A stretch of DNA of 64,000 nt, taken from the NCBI RefSeq assembly GCF_009914755.1, contig NC_060929.1, one strand, 5' to 3'. This document shows, piece by piece, positions 1 to 14,017 of this stretch. This stretch comes from the human T2T-CHM13v2.0 reference genome, Homo sapiens. Position numbers and translations under genes: made by a program. Under the pieces are notes generated by a model, which was not told where the DNA came from, did no database searches, and saw nothing but the letters and a program-made list of their open reading frames with translations. Each line of letters begins with the position of its first letter. The stretch's first letter is position 1.

Positions 1-79
1 GCTTCCTAGAATTTTTGCTTCTAAATCTACTCTGACTTCAATTTACATATACACAAAACACATGCAACTGTACACAATC

Positions 80-840
<761 letters not shown>

Positions 841-2073
841 TGTGTGTATATATAGATAATGTATTTTAAAAAATATAAATCTTCAAACTGGAGGCATTTA
901 ACGAGCTATTTTCTTGGCATGGGGTATCTAATTCTTGCCTGAAAGTGAAACGTTTGAGAAAGCGTATTTGATTTTTATGTCCACAGGGTGATATTTAATA
1001 AAAGACCGCTCCAGTGAACTGGAAGGTCCACCCTTAAATAAGCATTAATTTATTTCATATCATTACAATGTTAGAAGATAAATTATAAGAAAAATGTGCT
1101 TCAGGCTTAAATATTATAATTAAATACATGCAAGATATATGGCAGTATAAACTGGGGCTTGAAAGAAAATGTTATACGTGAACAAATGTCTCATTTGCTA
1201 AATATATTTTACTATAATTTTTAAAGGAGATATAGATAACCAGGAGATATAGATGACCAAAACATTCTTTAAATTGATAAGCAAACAAAGATATTGCCTC
1301 TACATAGTTTCTCTTCTTAAAAAATTTCAAATAACAGATGCACAATATCATCTTTTATAAAAAATTTACTTCTGTCTATATATGGGAAAAATTTCATAAA
1401 ATTTTCCCAATATCTTTAATAATTTATAATTGCCGTTATAAAAATACATAACAATTTGTAATCAAGCCTAATTTTATTTCATGAACCTGTTAATACTGTC
1501 ATGGTTATATGAGATCCACCTGGGACAGATATATATTGAATTAAAGAAAGGTTTTAAGTCTCCAAGGCAAATGCAGGTGATGCTTTAGAAGATTTCAAAT
1601 GGAGAAAAATATAGCAACCTAAAACTCTACAGGCAAAGGAAGTAATTTAGCTAAACTTCAAATTAAACAAAAGCAAATTATAGATCACATGCAAAATTAC
1701 CCATTTTGCATATGTAATTACATGTTTTTATGCATCACTAGATATAACTTTTTAAATTTAACCTCGGAACTTGCCTTTCTACTTTGACCAAAATTATATA
1801 AATATATAAAAGGATTGTATTAATACTATCATACCTCAACTTTCCTTTGCAAAACACTGCTTCTTCATTGTTATTTTCTTTTCAATTAAGAGCAATGGCA
1901 TTATCTTATTTTCTCTCATTTCCTAGTTTTATTCCTGCCATTGTCTCAAAGATCCTTTGAATTCTCTCATTCCATTTATTGTTGATCTAAGGTTGTTTAA
2001 TATTAAATTTGTTCAATAGCTATGACCACAAATTTTTAAGACTATTGACAATATCTATTTGCCTTGTTTTAAA

Positions 2074-2250
2074 TCAGTGATTTGTAAATCTGGCTACAAC
2101 TTTTATGACTCCAGTTTTAAACACATACCAATTTTCAGGTCCCTCCGATGGAGATTCTAATTTAATTAGTGTGTGAAATAACATGGCCATCGGAACATCT
2201 TAAAAACTCTCTAGGTGGTTCCAGAATGATTGCCAGGTGTAAAAGCATTG
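2074..2250. mobile_element. MER5A/B-like hAT-Charlie DNA transposon relic
   Basis: cagtgatttgtaaatctggct...gagattctaatttaattagtg...aaactctctaggtggttcc...aaagcattg resembles MER5 structure. Confidence 0.6.
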
Positions 2251-2334
2251 TAGGAAGTACAGAATAGCTCAAGGCCTAGGAAATTTTCTTACTTCTCTCT
2301 GTGACAAGTACATTCTCAGTTGTTGAAATAAGCC

Positions 2335-2502
2335 ATCTCTAATTCTCAAAATAGTTCAGTAAGGTAGATTTGATTATCCCCACTTTGCAGAAGAAACACA
2401 GATATCAAAAAAATACAAGTAACCTGTTCAAAGTCACACATCAAATAATTTCACAATCCAGGATTAAAAGCAAGGTCTGTCAGATTACAAAATGCATCCT
2501 CT
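2335..2502 (-). mobile_element. MIR
   Basis: MIR core: attatccccactttgcagaagaaacacag...aagtaacctgttcaaagtcacaca...ggattaaaagcaaggtctgt. Confidence 0.75.
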
Positions 2503-4276
2503 TCAGTTTTCTATTCTCTAGAGGCTAGCACATTCTTCAAGATTTAGGAGCCATTGAAATACATGTTAACCTATTTTCTATTGTCCTCAAACATTTTTGT
2601 GTTAATATTTCCAATTTTGGACAATACATTCTTGCCACCAAATTCTACTCAAAATGCATGATTTTAAATACGAAATAGCACTGAAAAGTTAGACTACATT
2701 TTAGAAGATGCTAGCCAGTTTGCAAATATTTAAAGCAAAGATAAAGTGAGATATAAAATCAAACACTACAGCAAGACATTATAAATATACATTTCTTTTA
2801 TTCAGTTTTGCATTTCTAACTGACTCATGCTATATTCTCATGGAATCTGTATTACATTAAGAGCTATACACTCCATACCTTTTAATTTGTTTAATATTTA
2901 TAATGCTTAACAGAAAACTCTAAATTTTCTTCAATTTTTATTTAAAGAAAAACGTTAAAATTTTAAAAGTAAATTTCTTCACTTTTTAAAGAATAATTGA
3001 AATACTCTTGAAAACAAGTATTTTCTGAATAATTATTAACATACTCTTTTTAATTGGCTCTGAATTGTACTAAAATCGTGGGATGTGAAGCATGAAAACA
3101 TTTGCTAAGTTAATTCATCATGTTGTATTTATTTCATGAAAACTTGAGGAGTACTTTCTTGAAAACTTTGCAGTGATGTATTTTATAATAAACCACAAAT
3201 CATGAAGGCAGCCTAAGTAAGAATTAAGATCAATGGCCTGCAATGAGTAGCAAGATTTTTAACCTTGCACTGCCACTGCATTTGTGACTTTTATGATTCT
3301 TTTCACCTTACAAAATTCTACATTTTTTCCTCCCGGTACGTATGATTCTTCCATATTCATATATAAAGAGATTTCTGTTGTTTTATTTTTCTTTTCTAAA
3401 TAAAATCTTTGGAATAAAGATAAATTAATTTAGACATAACTAGAGTAATGTTTATTTCAGAGGTGAGTAAATGTCACATGTTAGCCTTATCTTAAATTTG
3501 CTAAACTACTGCACATTCTATTTTTCCTGTGTTCAGACTTCATACAAGAAGTTTGTTCTATATTTTTAAAGATGCAATTTGGTACTATTTAAAAACTAAC
3601 AATAAGTATTGATTTAAAAAAGGACAAGAAATTGCTAAAATTTAAGTAATTATAAAAATCATTGTGAAAAAATAATAAAATGAAAAACTTATCTGACTGT
3701 AGGAGTACATTAAAGTTAGTAGCCATCAGCATTTGCTAAGATCTAATTTAAAAAGAAGACGAAATACGCATTTTACATGTGGCTTTAATCAGTGTGATAT
3801 AATTCTCAGTTCCTTTGATTAATGAGTACATTCTCAGCTATTAGGTGTTACCTATTTGTTCAGAAGCCATAGAAATACTCCAACTTAACTGGCTTAAACA
3901 TGCTTTTTTACTTACTTAATTAGCTTCTCTAGAGTTGCTAATAATCACACAGTCTTGACTGTGAACCATGTAATTATTTTGACATTAATTCTCTCCCTGG
4001 GATATCTTATTCTTGATGTCATCATTTCTGCACTTCAGTTTCTGGCTAGTAATTTTATAACTGTAATAAAACTACTACTAGAAGATGTGCATGAATATTA
4101 TACTTTAAAATTCTGTGGGATAAATAGGTGTCAATTTTCATTTTCACTCTAACAGCAACTATATGCTATATACAATCTGATCATTTACAAAAAAAAGTGA
4201 GGTAAGAAAACTATATCCCTTTAAAAAAGATAAATCAAGATCATTGCTATCAAAACATATAGGTACAAACTATGTT

Positions 4277-6648
4277 TCTCTTAGTCTGTTTTGTGCTGTT
4301 ATAACAGAATACCTAAGACTAAGTAATTAATAAAGAGCAGAAATATATTTCTCACAATTCTGGAGGCTGGGAGATCCAAGATGAAGGCACCCACATTTGG
4401 TCTACTGAGTGTCTTCTTGCTGTATTCTCACATGCCAAAAGGAAGAAAATAAGCTAACTGAACACTGCATGAAACCCCCTTTTCAAAAAACCTTAACCTA
4501 TTAACTAGAGAGCAGCCCTCATGGCTTAATCACCTGTTAGAAGATTCACCTCAATATTATCACATTAGAAACACCTAAATTTTGAAGAAAACATATTTAA
4601 AGCTTAGAATTCCACCACTGGACCACCAATATTCAGGTGCTTCTCACATACAAAATAACATATATTTCATACAAATAACCTCAAAGTCTTAATTTATTCC
4701 AGTGCCAACTTTAACATCTAAAGTTCAAAGTCTCATCTAGGTATCATCTAAATTAGATAAGGATGACCCTCATAATATGATTCATCCTGAGGCAAATTTC
4801 TCTCCATCTGTAAACTGTAAAATGAAACAAGTTACATGCTTCCAAACTGCAATGTTGGGACAAGCAAAGCATAGACATTTCCATTATAAAAGGGAGAAAT
4901 AAGCGAGAAGAAATGAGTGATAGGTCCCAAGTAATTCCAAAACCCAAGAGGGCAAGAAGCATTAAATCTTAGAGCTTGAAAAGAATCTCCTTGACTTCAT
5001 TTATTGGCTTTTAGTCGCACTAGGGCACAGGATTGGCCCCAACGATTTTGACAGTCATGACATGTTGACTTTGCTGGGCTTGGCCCATACATCAACTCTC
5101 ATGTATTGAGGTCACATGCCTGCAGTTCTTCCAAGCTGATGTTGCATGCTTGTCGCTCTACAGTTCTGGAGTCCTGAGAGTGGCCCAGCCCTCATGGCTC
5201 CATTAAGTGTTGCTCTAGTTTTAACTCTCTATGGTGTTCCCAACCCCATTTTTCTGATGGACATTACCCTAGTGGGGGTCCTTTGTGACAGCTTGGAGCC
5301 AGCAGCAGGTCTCTTTTGGGCCCTGAGGATGTTCAAGAGATCTTTTGAAATCTAATTGGAGGTAGCCATTGTGTCACAGTTCTTGCCCTCTGCATGCCTG
5401 CAGAATTAGCAGCACGTGGATGCTTTGAGATGCAAAGTTTGTGCTCTCCAGAATGGTGACCTGAACCATACCTGGACCTGGTTGAGCCACAGCTGGAGTG
5501 GTTGAGAAATGCTGCACCCAAATGTGGGTAGCTGAGCCCCAAGGAAGCCATGGGCAGCTAGCCCTGAGGTTCCACAGACACCCTGAGCCCTTGTCCTAAA
5601 ACTATTCTGTCCCCGCACCTCCCACTCAAGGTCCTAGCACTCTAGGCCTGTGATAGGAGGAGCATCCCTGAAGAGCTCTGAAATGCTGGTGAGGTCATTC
5701 TCTCATTGTCCTGATGAAAAAGTACCTGGGTTCCTTCTAGACATACTGTTTTCCTTATCAAATGGTTCCTTGATCATACCCCTGGCTTTCTCTCCTAGAC
5801 ATGCTTAAAAATTATTTATATGGCCATGGTTAAGAACTTTCCAGATCTTTATGTTCCACTTCCCTTTAATTAAGAATCCCATCTTTAAATCATTTATCTG
5901 TTCTTGAACTTACTAGCAGTTAAGTTTTTATAACTAAGCAGTTAAGAGAAGTCACACAGCATCTTGAATGCCTTGCTACTCAGAGATTCCTTATGCCAAA
6001 CATCCTTTTTCATTACTATTAACTCTAGCTTCCATAAAGTCCTGGGACATGGACATACTTCATCAAAGTTCTTTACCACTATACAACAAAGTTTATTTTT
6101 CCTCCAGTTTCCAATACCTTGTTTCTCCTTTTCATTTGAGAAGTCATCAGAATAGCCGTTACTCTTAAATTCAAGGAAGAAACACAGATGTTTTCAGATA
6201 TTCACTTAAAAAGGGTTCTAGCCTCTACCCATTACCCAGTTCCAAAACTGCTTCCACATTTTTAGGTAATTGTTATAGCAACATCCTATTCTCAGTTCCA
6301 CTTTCTGCCTTAGTCTGTTTTATGCTGCTGGAAGCTAATGCCTGAGACTGGAAAATTCATAAACAACAGCAATTTATTTCTTACAGTTCTAGAGGCTGGG
6401 AAGTTCAAAATCAATGCACCAGTATCTGGTGAGGGCCTACTTGCTGTGTCTTCACATAGCGGAAGATCAAAATTACAAGCTAGCAATCTAGCCAAATGCT
6501 TTCTGATTCCTCTTTTTTTAAAAGGACCTTACTAGCATTAATAAACAAAGCAGCCTTCATAGCCTAATCACCTCTTAAAGGCATTACCTCTCAATACCAT
6601 TACATTGGCTTCACCTGAGTTTTGGAAGAGATCCATTAAACCACAGCA
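4277..6648 (-). mobile_element. Complete MaLR provirus (MSTC/MSTD-type): LTR 4277-~4610, internal region, LTR 6306-6648
   Basis: Two homologous LTRs beginning (t)cttagtctgttt and sharing ctggaggctggga..tc.aa and taatcacct; ~1.7 kb MST-int-like sequence between them. Confidence 0.85.
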
Positions 6649-6967
6649 AGTATGGACATTGGTTGCATTCAGCATTACCTCGGTTACCTTAGAAAAGTCA
6701 GCCTCACTGAGCTTAGTCTCTCTCTTTATTACAGAAATAAGTGCAATTACCACATTGTAAAAATAATTTTAAATAAGACCATACAAGAGGTTTTATATAT
6801 AGTAAGTAATTGATATGTGGTTAATAAGTATTATTACCCAACTGACATTCTTGAGAGTACTTGGAGTCTTATTTGCTTCTTTTGATTCTCAGTAACTACC
6901 ATAATGACAGCAACTGTCATGCCACTGGTTTGCTACTGGCTGAGTTTGTATTTGTGGAGATATACAT

Positions 6968-7075
6968 AAAATCAGTATCTCAAAGAGGTACCCATTCCAT
7001 ACACCTATATTTATTACAGCATTCTTCACAATAGCCAAGATATGCTCATCAACAAATGAATGGATAAAGAAAATC
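6968..7075 (+). mobile_element. L1M ORF2 3'-region fragment
   Basis: cagcattcttcacaatagccaagatatg...gaatggataaagaaaat. Confidence 0.75.
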
Positions 7076-7157
7076 AATCTCTCTCTCTGAAACCTTGATA
7101 TCCCTCTCTGTCTCTCTCTCATGTACATATATATATATATTTATAAATATATATATT

Positions 7158-9965
7158 ATTTTCTTTGTATGTCTACTGTAACGTGGGGTTGCTGGATAAT
7201 ATGCTAATTTTAAATAAGAAATATTTCTTATTAAAAAATAGAAATCTTTCTAATTTTTTGAAAACCTTCATACTCTTGTCATATAGCTATATCAATTTAC
7301 ATTTTCATCAATAGTGTACAAGAGTTCTGTTTTTTCCACATTCTCCCCTATGCTTGCTATCTTTTTAAAACTATTTTTATAGATTTAGGGGGAACAAGTG
7401 CAGTTTTGTTACACAGATACATTGTGCAGTGGCAAAATCTGGGCTTTTAGGTACCCATTACACAATGGTATATATTGTAACTGCAATGTAATTTTTCATC
7501 CTATTTCCCCTCCCACCCTCCCACCTTTCTGAGTCTCTGATGTCTATTATTCCAATCTCTGTTGATATGTACATATTATTTACCTCCTGCTTTTAAGTGA
7601 GAACATGCAAATTTTGACACTTTGTTTTGGGGTTATTTTAGTTAACAAAAAAGCCTCCAGTTCCATCCATGCTGCTGCCAAAGACATTATTTCATTGTTT
7701 GTTATGGCTGAATAGTATTCCATTTTATATATATCATTATATATATACACACACACACATATACACACACACACAGAATATAATAAATGTCATCCATGTA
7801 TACATACACACATACATATATATACACATACATATATATATATTCTTGCACCACATTTTCATTATTCAATCATCCATTCATAGGCAGTTTGATTCCATAA
7901 CTTTGCTGTTGTGAAGAGTGCTAGAATAAACATATGAATGCAGATATCTTCTTGATAAAATGATTTATTTTCTTTTGCATAGATACCCAGTAGTGGAATT
8001 GCTGGATTGAAAGGTAGTTGTATTCTTGGTTCTTGAGAAATAACCATACTGTTTTTCATAAAGGTTGTATCAATTTACATTCTTGCTGACAATATGTAAA
8101 CATTCCCTTTTCTGCACATCTTTTTTTGTTTTTAAATTTTTAATAATAGCCATTATGACTGGTATAAAATTATAACATATTGTTGTTTTAATTTTCATTT
8201 CTCTAGTGATTAGTGATGTTGAGCATTTTTTTCATATGCTGGTTGACACTTGTATGTCTTCTTTTGAAAAATGCCTGTTCATGCCCTTTGCCCATTTTTT
8301 AATGGTTTGTTGTTGTGGTGGTGGTGGTGGTGGTGGTGATTGAGTCATTTGAGTTTTTTTGTAGATTCTGAATGTCAGTTCTTTATTGGATGCATGGTTG
8401 GAAAATATTTTCTCCTATTTGCCAGGCTGTCTGTTCACTCTGCTGATTTTTTCTTTTGCTATGCAGACTCTTTTTAGTTTAATAAAGTCCCATTTGTCTA
8501 TTTTTGTTTTTATGGCATTTGCTTTTGAGGTCTTAGTCATGAATTCTCTTTATATTCCAATGTTTAGAAGAGTTTTTCCTATTTTTTCTTCTACTATTTT
8601 TATTATTTAAAGTCTTACATTTAAATCTTGTGTCAATTTTTTATATAGAGTGAGAGACAGAGATTAAATTTTATTCTTCTGCATATGAGTATCCAAATTT
8701 CCCAGCACAACTTATTGAAAAAGGTGTCTTTTCCCCAGTGAAGGTTTTTGTCAACTTTGTCAAATATCAGTTGGCTGTAGGTATATGGCTTTATTTATGG
8801 ATTCCGTATTCTGTTCCACTGGGTTATGTGTCTATTTTAACACCAATACCAGGCTGTTTAGATTACCAAGCTTTTGTAGTATAATTTGAAGTCAGGTAGT
8901 ATGATACTTCCAGCTTTGTTCTGTTTCCTTTGGCTATTTGGGGTCTTTTTTTTTTGGGTCCATAAGAATCTTAGGACTTTTTTATTCTAATTCTATAAAA
9001 GTCACTTTGATATTTTGATAGGGATTACACTGAATCTGTAGACTATTTTGGGCAGTATGATCATATTAAGGGTATTGATTGTTATGATCCATGAGCAAAG
9101 GATGTTTTTCCATTGTTAGTGTCATCTACAGTTTCTTTCATGAGTATTTTGTAGTTTTTGTACGTAGACGTTTTCACTTCTTTGGTGAAATGTATTCCTA
9201 GGTATTTCATTATTTTTTGTAATGACTATAAATGGGATTGACTTTTGGATTTGATTTTCAGCTTAATTATTATGGATGCATAGAAATACTCCTTATTTTG
9301 GTATATTTATTATGTATTCTTGGACTTTACTGAATTTGTTTACCAAATCTTGCAGTCTTTTGAAGGAGATTTTAGGGTTATCTAGGTATAAGATCATAGT
9401 ATCAGCAAATAGAGATAATTTGATTTTTCTTTTCTAATTTGGATGACACTTATTTATTTCTCTTGCCTGATTATGCTGGCTAGGACTTCTAGTACTATAT
9501 TGAATAGGACTGGTAAAAGTGAGCATCCTTCTCTTCTTCCACATCTTAGAAAGAATGCTTTCAGCTTTTCCTGTTCAGTATGATGTTGGCTGTGGTTTTG
9601 TCATACATAGATTTCATTATCTTGAGATATGTCCCTTCAATGCTTAGTTTGTTGAGGGTTTGGTGAATCACATTTATAGATTTGAGTATGTTGAATCTTT
9701 TGTTTTTTGATATTAGCCATTCTAACATGTGTAAGCTGATGTTTTATTATGGATTTGATTTGGATTTCTCTAATAATTAGTGATATTGAGCTTTTTTCAT
9801 ATACTTGTTAAGCATTTGTATGTCTTCTTTTCAGAAATGTTCATTCAGGTCCTTTGCCTATTACTATTATTATTATTATTGTAATCAAGCTATTTGTTTT
9901 CTTTCTATAGTGTTGTTTCAATTTCTTACATATTTTGAATATTAATCCCTTTTCACACATTGGTT
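7158..9965 (-). mobile_element. Old L1MA/MB fragment (7158-7366 and 9695-9965), split by a younger L1
   Basis: L1 antisense sequence before 7366 (ttccacattctcccctatgcttgctatcttttt) continues at 9695 (ttttgatattagccattctaac). Confidence 0.7.
7367..9694 (-). mobile_element. 5'-truncated L1 (L1PB4/L1MA1-like), ~2.3 kb
   Basis: 3'UTR agatttagggggaacaagtgcagttttgttac; degraded ORF2 pieces in the track ([20 protein letters not shown]); flanking atctttt repeats at 7359 and 9695. Confidence 0.88.
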
Positions 9966-10140
9966 TAGGAAATTATTTTTTGGATAGGATTCCAAAACCA
10001 CAAGCAACAAAAACAAAAATAGACATATGGGATTGTATAAAAACTAAAAATCTTATGCATGGGAAAGGAATCAATCAAGTGAAGACACACCATACAAAAT
10101 GAAAAAAAAAAAAAAACTACTTCGAAACCATATATCTGAT
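9966..10140 (+). mobile_element. Inverted 5' segment of the old L1
   Basis: Sense L1 ORF2 sequence (caagcaacaaaaacaaaaatagac...aaaccatatatctgat) abutting the antisense part. Confidence 0.75.
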
Positions 10141-11261
10141 TTGTTTTAAGTTTTCTCATTCAGCGTAGTTAATGGTAGGGAGCATAATTTTTAAACAATA
10201 ATAAAAATATAGAATTACAACTTAAATACAAAACAAGCTATTTATTAGTTTTTAATACATATGACTTATATTTATCTCTGATTATTCCACAGATATATAA
10301 GAATAATATAGGTGATATTTTATAGACAATACAGCTTAATTACGCTAGGTTTTTTTACAATTATCATACAGCAAATGGTTGTCAAACTGAGAGGAAGACA
10401 TAAACAACATTGCTATGTTAATTTGTAGATTTTAATGGCAAAAAGTCCTGACTATAATATTTAAACTAGCAAAGTAATAGCTTACTTTGTAGATTTACAT
10501 ATGCATGCACCCCAGCATTTAGATGATTATTTGAATTTATGTAGACGGTTATCTGAATTTATTTATTTATTTATTTAATTGTATTTGAAACTTTTTCTGA
10601 CAAGAGATGTCAAAAAAAATGGTCTGGGAACATATATTTACACTCTATTAGAATAATAATGTCATCTTCCCGAATATAATTGTTATCACTGATTTTAAAG
10701 TTTACATTTGTGGAGCTTTTGTAGATATTTATTCCGATTATTATTTGAAATATATAATAGTTAAAGATAGAATAATTATTTGAAAGAATAAAACAATTAT
10801 GAAAAAACAATTTTCCTTAATTATGGAAACATCTTTATGAGAAGATATAATAAAGAGGAATAATAAAGTTTATTAATGTCTAGCCTAGTACATAATTTTA
10901 TATTGATTTTTATGATAGATAATTTTTTTGGAGTTCAGAAAAAAATAGAGACCTGTAAGATAAATCCTACTGCTTTCAGTGATTTATGTGTATTTTAAAT
11001 TTGGAGCCCAAAACCAGCTAATTTTGATAACTTGATAGCAACCTGAAAGCATAAAAGAGAGAATGATATTTGGAACAAAACGAACCTGTGAACATACAGG
11101 CATTCTTTTTCCATCTAATTTTAGAGTCCACCAAATATATTATTCTAACGCCTGTTCAACCAGCATTTATTCAGACACATATTAAGACCACCTTTAATAC
11201 TGTCTCACATTATCACACAATGTTTTAGAGAATGCTCTTTCATATAATAGATCTGGATACT

Positions 11262-12253
11262 GTTGTATAAGCAGAGTTCTAAGAATAAACCCCAATGATC
11301 TCCCATTGTAGAATCTTCTCCCCTTTAAGTCAATAGAATTTATCAGTATGAAACGTTGTCACTCCATGATTGCTACATTAAATGGCAGAAGTGATTTTGT
11401 GGATATAATAAAAGTTATTAGTCAGTTAACCTTAAAATAGGAAGATATTTTTGGATGGGCCTACTTTAAATGCATGAACCCTTTAAATGAGACAGTTTTC
11501 TGGTTAGTGGCAGAAAGTCAGAGGTTGTAGGTATGAGTACTCAGTGCTTCGTTGCTGACTTTGACGATGGAGACAACCAGGAGTTGAGAAATAACACAGG
11601 CAGCCACTTGGAGCAGAAAGTGGCCTCTAACTGATATTTGGAAAAAACTTTTAAAAAGAAGAAGGAAAGAAGGAAATAATAACCTCAACCTATAGCCACG
11701 AAGAACTGGTTCTGCTAATAAACCAAATGAGATTGGAGGCAGATTCTTCTTCAGAGCCTGCAGGCAAATGCCTGCCCTGTTACACTTTGGTTTCAGCCTT
11801 CGAGACTTTAAAAGAACTCAACCAGTGAAGCTGATTCTGACCTTATTATGAGATACCAAGTGGGTATCACTCTAATCCTTTTTAAACAATTTTATTTTTA
11901 ATATTTAAAATTGACAAATTAAACAATGTGTGTGCATATATATATGTATGTATAGTATACAACATGATGTTTTAATACAGTATATATGTGTATGTATGTA
12001 TGTATAGTGAAATGGCTAAATCAAACTATTTAACATATGCATTACCTCACATATGTACCTTTTCTGTGTGTGTGTGTGGTGAGAATACTTAAAATCTACT
12101 CTCAGGAATTTTCAAGGGTACAATATATCACTTTTAACTACAGTCAACATAATGTACCATAGATTTCTTGAACTTGTTCCTCCAGTTCAACAGAAAGTTT
12201 TATATCATTTGACCAACATCTAGGTATGCAGCAAAAAAAAAAAAATACTAACA
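11262..12253 (+). mobile_element. MLT1E-like solo LTR, interrupted by an L1 3' end
   Basis: gattttgtggatataataaaag, gttgctgactttgacgatgga, ggaggcagattcttc...cagccttcgagac; terminal tatgcagcaaaa..tactaaca after the L1. Confidence 0.75.
11879..12220 (-). mobile_element. L1MA (8-10-like) 3' end
   Basis: catatgcattacctcacata...ggtgagaatacttaaaatctactctc...tttgaccaacatct. Confidence 0.85.
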
Positions 12254-12739
12254 CAGGCGTGAAACTAGTTACTGCTACTTTTCACATGTGCAAAAGGGCA
12301 ATTTATGAAAAATTAATAATTTCTAACATACATTTTTGTGGATGCAGAAGAGAGGATCATACAATTAAAGTGCATATTCTGATGCCTGTAATATATTAGC
12401 TTTTTAGTAAATAAAATGAGCTAAGAAGAAAGACACTGATCCTTTTTCCTTACTTTAGATGAATCCTTTAATATCACTGGGTCTTAACTTTCTTATACAT
12501 AAGAAAACAACTTTAAAGAATCTTGAAATTTGTTTTAAAACTAAATATTTTCTATCCTTTCCATAAACTAATATAACATATATTTAACTACCTTTATAAA
12601 TCAGTATCTATACTGCTAATCAGAAACGGCATTTAAGTACCAGAAGAGCCCCTTATTATATGGATAGCTTACTCAATAATAAGTCAGACAACTTTTAGCA
12701 ACATAAAAAGGCAACAAAAGCAGCACACATCAATGCATG

Positions 12740-13150
12740 TGCTAGCATTATTGAGAGCTTCATGTGTATTAATTCCTTCAATTCTTATAATCCATTTACT
12801 TTTGCTTTGCATGTATTAGGCCTTAACAAAGTCTTGAAGACCGAATACTGACTGATAACACATATTGTAAAGTGAAAAGACTGAGGGGCAGAATGACTTA
12901 ATATCTTGCATAGGACTGCATGGAGGTGAGTTTTGAGCTCCTATCTTTCAGGTTCAGAGAAAATGTTGATGAATAGTATGCTGCACTATCTTCTGTGTTG
13001 GTTAAACTTTCCTAATCTCCATAATTTCATCTTAAATTGGAGACACTAACTAGTTACAGACATTTTGTAAAGATTAGCAATATATGTTTATGGTTACTAT
13101 AGTGCCTAGCAAAGTATTGGTACTCTATAAGTTCCAATAAATCATAGAAG
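12740..13150. mobile_element. Degraded MIR fragments in opposite orientations
   Basis: aagtgaaaagactgaggggcagaatgacttaatatcttgc (minus); ctccataatttcatcttaaattggag...agtgcctagcaaagta (plus). Confidence 0.5.
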
Positions 13151-13975
13151 AATAATTTTTGTGGTATGATGATGATACAGTTATTATAAAACTAGTGCAA
13201 AAACATTGATAGACATTTGAAAGAAACAGATATATTAAGTAATGTAACCCATATAAACATAATTGTTTCATATCTGATGTAGACTATTTATTGAAATTTA
13301 TGTTTCTATACAGGAACACAGAAAGATGTTAAGATAGTTACATATCTCCCTTAGAGACTCAGGTTGGTTCTATTTTAACCGATCTAAAAAAAAGCTTGCA
13401 TGAACCACGTTTTTAAGATTAACTTCAAAACATAATGCAGGGTAAAATGCTACTAAGAAAAACTTTTTCAAAGGGAAAAGATGCTTTTAGTCAACATAGA
13501 CATTGATAGTTTGTAACTGCAGTGCCTATTTCAGGGGGTTGAGAGAGAACCCCTGAAATGTTTTGAATGACTATCTCATGTGTATTAGCAAACATAGTGT
13601 AAAGTTCAGCTAGCTAAATTCCTGATCCTACCTTGAATGTCAAGTTGTATTACAGCATAGAATAGTAATAAATTCTGTAATTAATTTAGCCTACCTTAAT
13701 ATTACATCTGAAGAAAAAAATTGGTGATTTTACTTTGTTATATTTGTCAATAAATGATGTTATTAATGCAAAAATATCATTTTTTGAAAAAAATCTTTTA
13801 AGGCCATTGTTTGATATTTTTCCCTTATAAAGCATTATGGCTTCCAGATTTGTGATTATGTACTCAGCTTGTTTCATAAATAAATTTTGGTGTGCATTTA
13901 TGCCAAGTTCTGAAGTTCTTCCAACAACTTTTTTTCCCTAAATACATTTTGGAAATCTCTTCATTAATATTTCCA

Positions 13976-14017
13976 GTTGCTAGGCAACACCTCCTCTTTC
14001 CTCGTTGCTATGGTGAC
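13976..14017. promoter_or_regulatory. Two RFX X-box motifs
   Basis: GTTGCTAGGCAAC (13976-13988) and GTTGCTATGGTGAC (14004-14017); motif match only, function unproven. Confidence 0.45.

Noticed and set aside
1225-1258. 17-bp tandem duplication, with similar short ones at ~19432, ~19626 and ~60091
   Set aside because: Ordinary replication-slippage products.
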